A stretch of 30,256 nt of DNA from Candidatus Thermofontivivens primus (GTDB lineage Bacteria > Sysuimicrobiota > Sysuimicrobiia > Sysuimicrobiales > Thermofontiviventaceae): positions 1 to 30,256 of the forward strand of contig JAVKJW010000026.1 of NCBI GenBank assembly GCA_031458695.1. Direction: 5' to 3'. The position numbers were made by a program, and so were the translations under genes. Each line of letters begins with the position of its first letter. The first letter of the stretch is position 1. Below, piece after piece: positions 9,696 to 16,251 of the stretch. A model generated the notes under the pieces. It was not told the DNA's origin. It made no database searches and worked only from the letters and a program-made list of their open reading frames with translations.

Positions 9696-10481
9696 TCATC
9701 CATGGTGTGAAGAGGATTCCAAGCGGATCTCCCAGGTCCGCAGGGCCGTAAGGAGGGCTTCATGCGTCATGTCCATTTGAACAGGCGTGACCGAAATGTA
9801 CCCATGACGGACAGCGTAGCTGTCTGACCCGGGATCCTCCTCCTCTGCCGAGGGCTGTCCGGTCCGCCAGTAATACGCCTGCCCGCGGGGATCTATACGT
9901 TTCTCCAGCTTGCTCAGGTACCTGCCTCTCCCTAGTCGCGTGATGGTGACCCCTCGGATAGCTTCCCTGGGCAAGTTTGGCACGTTGACGTTGAGCAGGG
10001 CGTCCGGGGGAAGGCCTCGCTCGGCGATGAGGCGGACAAGCATGGAGGCAAAGGCTGCAGCCACATCGTAGCGGGCATTTTCAAAGGCATCCACGGAGAC
10101 AGCCAAGGCGGGGATCCCGAAGATCGCTCCCTCCATGGCTCCTGAGACTGTGCCAGAGTAGGTGATGTCGCGCCCCAGGTTTGCTCCTGCGTTAATCCCG
10201 GAGACGACGACATCGGGTCGAAACCCTAGCAAATCGAGAACACCCAGGGCCACACAGTCTGCAGGAGTGCCATTTGCTGCCCAGGCCGAAACGGCGTGGG
10301 GGATCACCACCGGAAATGCCCTGAGGGGTTTGTGCAAGGTAATGGCATGGCCCGTGGCGCTCCGCTGGTGCTCGGGCGCAACGACATAGGGCTCAGAACC
10401 CACCGCAAGCGCCTCCACCAGAGCCCGCAAGCCAGGGGAGTGGACCCCATCATCGTTGGTGACCAGCACACGCACAGCCAT
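9696..10481 (-). CDS. surE: 5'/3'-nucleotidase SurE
   Basis: LVTNDDG, GTPADCV, SGINAGANLG, YSGTVSGAMEG, GYISVTP; start could be 10481 or 10490. Confidence 0.95.
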   Translation of the reverse strand: MAVRVLVTNDDGVHSPGLRALVEALAVGSEPYVVAPEHQRSATGHAITLHKPLRAFPVVIPHAVSAWAANGTPADCVALGVLDLLGFRPDVVVSGINAGANLGRDITYSGTVSGAMEGAIFGIPALAVSVDAFENARYDVAAAFASMLVRLIAERGLPPDALLNVNVPNLPREAIRGVTITRLGRGRYLSKLEKRIDPRGQAYYWRTGQPSAEEEDPGSDSYAVRHGYISVTPVQMDMTHEALLTALRTWEIRLESSSHHG

Positions 10482-10687
10482 TCCATCCACCCTTCCAGCG
10501 TCTTTGGGAAACCAGGCGCGTCTTCATCCGGGCTTCCCCGCAAGAAGAACACCCAAAACTCCTTGCTGGTTTCGACGTGCAAAAGGTCCATCCCTCCCCG
10601 GAGGCCTCCTCCTGGATCGATATGGCTTGCGTGTTCATTCAGATGATTTGCAAAGAGGGGATATTCGTGGCGTTCGGATCCATGGAA

Positions 10688-10711
10688 CTTGAGGGACATG
10701 CTCCCTCGAAA
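10688..10711. terminator. Short hairpin just downstream of the SPOR gene, possible intrinsic terminator
   Basis: GAGGGA-catgc-TCCCTC stem immediately after the stop at 10714; weak U-tail. Confidence 0.45.
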
Positions 10712-10713
10712 GA

Positions 10714-11175
10714 CTATTGCGCGATGTAAACCTCGTACCCCTTGGCGCGGAGCTCCTCTGCTAGGCGTTCCGCGTTCGCCTTCTCCTTGAAGGCTCCCAC
10801 CTGGACTTTGTAGGGAGGAGAAGGGGAGATGTAGGGTCGGTAACCGTCCTTTCGGAGGCGCTCGGCCATTGCCTCGGCGTTCTCGCGTCGTAAGAACGCG
10901 CCAACCTGGACCCGATAGAGACGCGCCTCCTGCTTGCGGGGAGTCAGGGGAGGAACGGACTGGGCTTCCGGAATTACGGCCGGCTGGGGAGGGGGAGAAG
11001 GCACAACAGGTGCGCGTCCCGGCTCAACCACCCGCGCCTTTGGTGGAGGCATTGTGGAGGCCGGGGCCTTCTGCTTTGGAGCCATGAAGCTTCCCCCAAC
11101 GATGTACCCCATATACACAGAGGCGCCAAACAGCCCTAGGAGTACCACGACTGTGGCGACTGTGCGCAATCGCAT
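10714..11175 (-). CDS. Membrane-anchored SPOR-domain (peptidoglycan-binding) protein
   Basis: N-terminal TM, Pro-rich linker, two SPOR half-repeats YRVQVGAFLRRENAEAM and YKVQVGAFKEKANAERL. Confidence 0.92.
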   Translation of the reverse strand: MRLRTVATVVVLLGLFGASVYMGYIVGGSFMAPKQKAPASTMPPPKARVVEPGRAPVVPSPPPQPAVIPEAQSVPPLTPRKQEARLYRVQVGAFLRRENAEAMAERLRKDGYRPYISPSPPYKVQVGAFKEKANAERLAEELRAKGYEVYIAQ

Positions 11176-11328
11176 CGACCCATCTCCTCTGCCCTACTCC
11201 CTTCGCTCCTCAAGGATACACTCCTTCCTGCCCACTGATCGCGGACCCATGCCCCAGACTACTCAAAAAGAGATCCACGAATTGCGGACCAGGGCGCCTC
11301 AAAAACCGTCCGGTAAAGATGAAGCGAG

Positions 11329-11925
11329 CTAACGGGATCGCGCGAGGGCTAGGTCGATAGCCTGGATCTGCTTGCGGATGGCGTCGCGCTGGATGGGGGA
11401 GAGCTCGAGAGCGCGGACAAGGACCGCCCTGGCTTCCTGGAGCTTCCCCTGGGCCTGGTAGGTTGCTCCGAGGGAGATGAAGAGGGCAGGGTTATTCGGA
11501 TCCACCTGCAAGCCGGACTTGAAAGCTCGTTCGGCCTCCTCCAGATTCCCCGCTGCGAACCATGCCCAGCCAAGATCGAAAGCAGTCTCGCTGTCATAAG
11601 GATTCAGGGCGAGGGATTGACGATAAGCAGCAATTCCCTGCTCTATCCACCTCTCCCGATCTTTCCGCCAAGGGCTCATCGCCATATACACTCGCCCGAG
11701 CTCCCGATGGTAGACTGCGTTACCCGGTTGCCAGGCGATGGCCTTTTGGAGGTATGCCGCAGCACGGTCGAGGTAAACCTGCTGCTTCAAGGTCATTGCC
11801 CGTTGGTAATAAAGGTCTGCAACAAAGATGCGGGTGAAGAACAAAAGAAACCCCGCCGGTATCAGCAGAACCAGGAGGCCATACCGGCGGGGTAACGGGA
11901 TGAGGATGGATTTAACCCGCCGCAT
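11329..11925 (-). CDS. Membrane-anchored tetratricopeptide-repeat protein
   Basis: One TM segment, then about four TPR helical pairs (KAIAWQPGNAVYHRELG, SLALNPYDSETAFDLG, GLQVDPNNPALFISLG, RALELSP); no clear SD. Confidence 0.85.
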   Translation of the reverse strand: MRRVKSILIPLPRRYGLLVLLIPAGFLLFFTRIFVADLYYQRAMTLKQQVYLDRAAAYLQKAIAWQPGNAVYHRELGRVYMAMSPWRKDRERWIEQGIAAYRQSLALNPYDSETAFDLGWAWFAAGNLEEAERAFKSGLQVDPNNPALFISLGATYQAQGKLQEARAVLVRALELSPIQRDAIRKQIQAIDLALARSR

Positions 11926-11946
11926 GCGCGGCGACGGGATCCGCGG

Positions 11947-12504
11947 CTACGGACTGGCCGGGGCAAACGCCGCCCCTGCTGCGGCAGCAGCGGCGGCTAC
12001 TGCAATGATCAGCGGAGCAACCGGCGCAGCAACAACTGGTACCACGACGACAGGAACCAGCGCTGCCGAGATCGCCGCCGCCACTGTGGGGTTTGCCAAA
12101 ATTGATGCAACCTCCTCAGCTGTGATCAGGGAACCGGCAGGCCCTGCCGAGATAATCCCCCGCTGGGCAAGGAAATTCACCATCTCCTGGGTAGGTGCCC
12201 TCACGAGCTGGGCGTCGAGACGCATCACATCAAGCAGGGTACGTGCCAGCAACCCTCTCGTGAGCTCGCTCCCTAAGTAGCGAGAGAGCACGTTGCCAAG
12301 GGGCCGTGAGATGATCCCACGCTCGACCAGCGTCCGCAGGGCGTCGGCAGGAACAGGAATGTCAAATCCTGCCGCGCGGGCTAGCTTTACCACGAAACTC
12401 CCCACTGTTTCGACCTGGGCCAGGGCTATAGGCGTAAAGGTCAAGGTACCCAGGAGGAACACCGAAAGAAGCACAACGCCTACCCTCCCACGAACACCCA
12501 TCAC
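11947..12504 (-). CDS. Secreted surface protein with SLH-like repeats and a hydrophobic Val/Ala/Pro C-terminal tail
   Basis: SD CAGGAGGT; signal peptide ending ALA|Q; internal repeats LVERGIIS...LTRGLLARTL and LAQRGIIS...ITAEEVASIL resemble the SLH pattern GII.G...TRAE; ends IIAVAAAAAAAGAAFAPASP. Confidence 0.7.
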   Translation of the reverse strand: MMGVRGRVGVVLLSVFLLGTLTFTPIALAQVETVGSFVVKLARAAGFDIPVPADALRTLVERGIISRPLGNVLSRYLGSELTRGLLARTLLDVMRLDAQLVRAPTQEMVNFLAQRGIISAGPAGSLITAEEVASILANPTVAAAISAALVPVVVVPVVAAPVAPLIIAVAAAAAAAGAAFAPASP

Positions 12505-12640
12505 AGGACACCTCCTGAGAATCGTCCCTGCCTAATACATCGGTCGATCTTTCCTCAAGGAGAGTTCGGCCCTTTCCCTTTCGATTCCCTTCCTTCGAAA
12601 GAAGGATTTTCAAGGGATCTCTTTCCATTGAGGAGCGGGC

Positions 12641-12667
12641 TTAAGTTCCGCTGAAACCGGTCGATTC
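12641..12667 (+). promoter_or_regulatory. Putative sigma28-family (FliA/SigD/WhiG) promoter
   Basis: TTAAGTTC-N11-GTCGATTC versus consensus TAAAGTTT-N11-GCCGATAA, with exact spacing; 25 nt upstream of the riboswitch. Confidence 0.6.
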
Positions 12668-12692
12668 CTCCAAGAGAGGAGAAACGAGGCCT

Positions 12693-12794
12693 CGCCTCTC
12701 CGACAAAGGCAAACCCGGGGCGACCCGGGGGCGCAAAGCATCAGGGTCCCGCGCCAACTCGGCACCGGGCCGGCTGAGCTGCCGAAGAGAGGTG
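12693..12794 (+). ncRNA. c-di-GMP-I (GEMM-I) riboswitch
   Basis: P1 CGCCTCTC/GAGAGGTG; P2 GGCAAACC-CGGG-GCGA(GNRA)-CCCG-GG..CGC; junction AAAGC; P3 TCAG-GGTCC...GGGCC-GG-CTGA-GCTGC then CGA. G at the Vc2 G20-equivalent position. Confidence 0.9.
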
Positions 12795-12799
12795 GATTG

Positions 12800-13369
12800 G
12801 TGTCATTTCGAGCTCTCTTCTTCATCGCTGCAGTTTCCGTCGCACTCCTCTCCCCCACACCGGCAGGAGTGGGAGCCCAGGAAACAATCCCGCCTCAGAC
12901 GATCCAGCAGGCCCTCGCAGAGACAGCGATCCCCCTTTGGCTCCAAGCGGAGACCCCGATCCAGATCCTCCCAGACAGCAATGATGGCATTGTGGCATTT
13001 TACTACCCTTATACCCAGACCATCTACCTGCGCGCGAGCCCATACCTCCAGCGGGGAGGAAGATGGGATCTCACCCGCATTGCGGAGGTCTTGAGCCACG
13101 AGTTCGGGCACAGGTTCCAGCACCTTGTCGCTCCCTTCGGCTCTCCTGCTTGGCAACGGTTCGAGGAGCTTACCCCCACGTTCACCAACGGACCCCGAGG
13201 CGTCCGCTCTTACCAGGTCTGGCAGATGAATCGTGAGGAGGCGTTCGCTGAGGCCTACCGGCAGCTCTACGGGGGGATCGGCGCGAAATCCCCTCCTTTC
13301 GTTCCCCTGGTTATTACGCCAGCCATCCGCACTTACTTCCACGATCTGAACCGTTCTCTGGGGAGGTAA
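12800..13369 (+). CDS. Secreted zinc metallopeptidase (gluzincin, HExxH...ExxAE; PPEP / anthrax-LF-like motif spacing)
   Basis: Signal peptide ...AGVGA|QE; VLSHEFGH; SY...NREEAFAEAY, with the Glu 43 residues after the second His. Start is GTG 12800 (or TTG 12797) after GAGGTG. Confidence 0.8.
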   Translation: MSFRALFFIAAVSVALLSPTPAGVGAQETIPPQTIQQALAETAIPLWLQAETPIQILPDSNDGIVAFYYPYTQTIYLRASPYLQRGGRWDLTRIAEVLSHEFGHRFQHLVAPFGSPAWQRFEELTPTFTNGPRGVRSYQVWQMNREEAFAEAYRQLYGGIGAKSPPFVPLVITPAIRTYFHDLNRSLGR

Positions 13370-13448
13370 ACTTTCCTTTATCTCCAGGAACAGGAACAGG
13401 AAAGGGGTTTCCTGGGAAGAACGCAAAGAATGTCCTATGCTGGAGCAG

Positions 13449-14093
13449 TTACACAGTTCCGGTGCGCCGGTACAGCACTTTCGTCACAGCCTCTGTACGG
13501 TTCCTGGTCTGGGTCTTCTTGAGGATCGAGCGCACGTGGGTCTTCACGGTAGTCTCACTAATATGAAGCCTCGTGGCGATCTCCCTGTCCGTGAACCCTT
13601 GGGCGATATGGAGGAGGATCTCCCACTCCCTCACGCTCAGACCCTCCGCGCGGACTGTCCCATTCCTGGTGCTGCTCAGACGGTGCACGAGGCGGCGGAT
13701 GATTTTCGGGTGGATTACCGTTCCCCCATCAGCCACCGAGCGGATCACCCGCACGAGGTTTTCCGGACTGATGTCCGTGAGGACAAATCCACTCGCCCCC
13801 ACCTCCATCGCCTCCATGACACGATCGTCGGGGTCCCGTCCGCTGATCAGGACGACCTCGATCTCGGGAACCTCTAACTTGAGCGTCATGGTAGTCCCGA
13901 TGCCTCCTAGTGGGGGCAGTTCCATGTTCATCAGGACGATATGAGGCTTCCGCTCCTTCACTAGAGCGAAGACCTCCTGAGAGGAGGAGGCCTCACCGAC
14001 GACTTCGATGCCACCCTCACCATCCAGAAGGGCTTTAAGACCTCGCCGCGTGAGGACTTGGTGATCCGCTATGAGGATTCGGATCACATGCAT
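13449..14093 (-). CDS. Atypical NarL/LuxR-family response regulator (pseudo-receiver)
   Basis: REC-like fold with ADHQ for DD, VLMN for the phospho-Asp and GFVLT for the conserved Lys; LuxR HTH LSVREWEIL...TVKTHVRSIL. Confidence 0.9.
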   Translation of the reverse strand: MHVIRILIADHQVLTRRGLKALLDGEGGIEVVGEASSSQEVFALVKERKPHIVLMNMELPPLGGIGTTMTLKLEVPEIEVVLISGRDPDDRVMEAMEVGASGFVLTDISPENLVRVIRSVADGGTVIHPKIIRRLVHRLSSTRNGTVRAEGLSVREWEILLHIAQGFTDREIATRLHISETTVKTHVRSILKKTQTRNRTEAVTKVLYRRTGTV

Positions 14094-14243
14094 CCCCCTT
14101 TCCCCCAACCTCCTTCACGAACTGGAGCAACTTTACTGCCTCTCCTCGAGAGAGTCCACTGAGATCTTGAGTCAAGACTTCACTGGAAACCCCTGGAGAG
14201 CTCCGGCAGAGTCAAGTTAACCTAATCCCAGCTACCGGAGTGT

Positions 14244-14882
14244 TTAAACTTGCTCCAGATCCAAGGGGTCAATCTCCACGGGTCTGAGGCTCCCTAGGAA
14301 CTCCAGCAGCACGCGGACACGCTCCTTCCGAGAGGTGGGACGCTCGAAAATCCCCTCGAATCCTGCAAACGGGCCGTTCTTCACGCGGACCCTCATCCCC
14401 GGGGTGAGGTTCAGGCCAACACGCACGAACCCGAGGGGCGCAACCCGCTCCCAAATTGTCTGGATGAGGCCCTCTGGAACTTCCAGGGGAGATTCCCCGT
14501 CGCCCAGAATCCTCCTGACCCCAGGGGCCCACCGTACAGCTTGCCACGTGGCAGGGTTAAGGTGCATGTACACGAAAAGGTAACTCGGGAAAAGGGGTTC
14601 CAGGGAGCGAATGCGACGTCCCCTCCGCTTTCGCACAACCTCGATCTTTGGGAGGAACACATCCACCTCTTGTGTCCGAAGTTTGATGTGGGTAATGACG
14701 CGAGATTCGTTGTGGGGTTTGGTCTGCATCACGTACCACTTCTTCCCATCAGAGGGGGGGAATGGAAAAACGGATCCCGGAGCGATCAACACGGGAACAG
14801 ATCCTGCATGAAGCCTGTCCTCCCACATGGCCATGCCTTCAACCCCCTGTTGATCCCCGTTCTGGCCGTTCCTCTGGTTCAT
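14244..14882 (-). CDS. Specialised NusG paralog, RfaH-like transcription antiterminator
   Basis: NGN domain WYVMQTKPHNE...FLP...EPLFPSYLFV...PGV; KOW domain GMRVRVKNGPFAGFEGIF...ERVRVLLEFLG; not in secE-nusG-rplK context; ~45 aa N-terminal extension. Confidence 0.9.
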   Translation of the reverse strand: MNQRNGQNGDQQGVEGMAMWEDRLHAGSVPVLIAPGSVFPFPPSDGKKWYVMQTKPHNESRVITHIKLRTQEVDVFLPKIEVVRKRRGRRIRSLEPLFPSYLFVYMHLNPATWQAVRWAPGVRRILGDGESPLEVPEGLIQTIWERVAPLGFVRVGLNLTPGMRVRVKNGPFAGFEGIFERPTSRKERVRVLLEFLGSLRPVEIDPLDLEQV

Positions 14883-14896
14883 CGTCTTTGCTCCTC

Positions 14897-15574
14897 CTAC
14901 GAGATCACGCCGTGGCGAAAGGCCACGGCAATGGCCGCAGCGCGATTCCTGGAACGCGTCTTCCGCAGAATCGACCGCACATGGGTCTTCACCGTCGGGA
15001 CGGAGAGCCCTAAATGATGGGCAATTTGACGATCGGTATAGCCTTCTGCCATCGCCTTGATGACGGCGAACTCCCGGTTACTCAAGGGCAACAGGTTGTT
15101 AGTGCCCCGCGTGTTGAGGAAACTGAGCCGGGCAAATTGCTCCGGGGCAAGGGCGCAAGCGATGACGACCTGCCCCCGTGCGATCAGATGAATCGCACGC
15201 ACAAGCTCCCCTTGGGAAATGTTCTGGGGAAGGTATCCCCAGACCCCATGCTCTGCTGCTCGGAACAGACCGTCGCCATCATCCTCGTCTACAAGGACGA
15301 GGGAACGGGTCCGTGGCGAGATTGTCTGGATCTCCTTCACACAGGTAGCCCATGTTTCGTCAAACCGCTGAATCGCAATGATCGCCATATCGGGTTCCGA
15401 GCGCTTCGCCAAAATAATGGCTTCTTCCCCTGAACCAGCCTCCCCAAGGATGATGATCCCAGAAACGCTGTTCAGGAGCTGCTTTACAGCAAGGCGAACC
15501 AATGTCACATTTCCGATGAGAAGGAGGTAGAGTCGTTCGAATGAACTCGTTGCGTCCATGGGAACAGGGCTCAT
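14897..15574 (-). CDS. Atypical NarL/LuxR-family response regulator (pseudo-receiver)
   Basis: SD AAGGAGG; REC-like fold with IGNV for DD, AIIA for the phospho-Asp and GYLPQ for Lys; LuxR HTH LSNREFAVI...TVKTHVRSIL. Confidence 0.88.
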   Translation of the reverse strand: MSPVPMDATSSFERLYLLLIGNVTLVRLAVKQLLNSVSGIIILGEAGSGEEAIILAKRSEPDMAIIAIQRFDETWATCVKEIQTISPRTRSLVLVDEDDGDGLFRAAEHGVWGYLPQNISQGELVRAIHLIARGQVVIACALAPEQFARLSFLNTRGTNNLLPLSNREFAVIKAMAEGYTDRQIAHHLGLSVPTVKTHVRSILRKTRSRNRAAAIAVAFRHGVIS

Positions 15575-15728
15575 CTTGACCTCCTTCTTTTGAAGATACC
15601 TGTGTAAATTCCTGAACCGGGGGATAAATGGCTAAATTTGCAAGTATGCTAGGCACACTTTGAGAGGGGAAATTAGCCAAAAGATGGGAAATTCCTTCAT
15701 TCTTTTGAATGAGATCGGTAATTTCTAC

Positions 15729-15764
15729 AAAACTTACAATTGCCACCGAAAAACTTACAATTGC
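15729..15764. repeat. Perfect 15-bp direct repeat AAAACTTACAATTGC x2, 21-bp period
   Basis: Copies at 15729-15743 and 15750-15764; the second overlaps the FmdB stop codon; lies in an AT-rich region upstream of the regulator cassette. Confidence 0.9.
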
Positions 15765-16114
15765 TCTCCTGCGCTCCCACCTTCTTCCCGCTCACCCTCT
15801 GCTTCTGCCATGGCTTCATCTACGACCTCCTCAAAGTCCTCGCCAAGCTCTTCTCCGAACTCCTTCCCGAAGCGTTTCATCCATCGAGCCACGCTGGCAG
15901 GATCATTTTCATCGATGTCGCCCAGTTTCGATGGATCGGCCATGGACTCCAAGATCGCCTCTTCTCCACGCATCCAGCCGAATCGGGACATGATGCGCAC
16001 AAGCTCGGTTCCCTTGCAGTACCGGCAGCGCAACTCTGGAGGACGCTCGGGATCCAGAAAAAGGAAGCTCGAGCGGCGGCCACACGCTGTGCACCGATAC
16101 TCGTAAATGGGCAT
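15755..16114 (-). CDS. FmdB-family zinc-ribbon protein with acidic C-terminal domain
   Basis: MPIYEYRCTACG...CRYCKG...RIMSRF; ATG at 16114 after GGAGGTG. Confidence 0.9.
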   Translation of the reverse strand: MPIYEYRCTACGRRSSFLFLDPERPPELRCRYCKGTELVRIMSRFGWMRGEEAILESMADPSKLGDIDENDPASVARWMKRFGKEFGEELGEDFEEVVDEAMAEAEGEREEGGSAGEQL

Positions 16115-16194
16115 CGCAGCATCCACCTCCGCCTGCAGGTCATGTACCTTTGTTGGTTCTCGTATTGGACGTGAGGGGGAGCAAGACCTTCTCA

Positions 16195-16234
16195 GCTCCC
16201 TAGCCGAATCTCTCAAGAAGATTTCCTGGGGAGC
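16195..16234. repeat. Intergenic palindrome-family copy (downstream of valS)
   Basis: GCTCCCTAGCCGAATCTCTCAAGAAGATTTCCTGGGGAGC. Confidence 0.55.
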
Positions 16235-16251
16235 CGATGAACTTGATCCAC

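Noticed and set aside
10304..10699. Small ORFs upstream of surE (Cys-rich 10450-10638; MDLLHVETSK... from 10591) or a 6S-like RNA
   Set aside because: The ORFs overlap surE out of frame and have poor SD spacing. Only local hairpins are visible, not the long rod with central bubble expected of 6S RNA.
12693..12794. 3',3'-cGAMP (GEMM-Ib) specificity suggested by the GCGA tetraloop
   Set aside because: The specificity position equivalent to Vc2 G20 is G, not A, which favours c-di-GMP.
12803..13426. 207-aa minus-strand ORF
   Set aside because: Antisense to the metalloprotease, which has a signal peptide, catalytic motifs, SD and riboswitch.
14228..14239. ops-like sequence TCCGGTAGCTGG just downstream of the RfaH-like gene
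   Set aside because: Only the CGGTAGC core matches GGCGGTAGnnTG, and only one short gene follows. Exact GGCGGTAG hits elsewhere (inside gdhA and ftsE) are compatible with chance in GC-rich DNA.
15729..15764. CRISPR array or att-site interpretation of the direct repeat
   Set aside because: Only two 15-bp copies 6 bp apart, no cas or integrase genes, and no matching copy seen at the other end of the accessory block.
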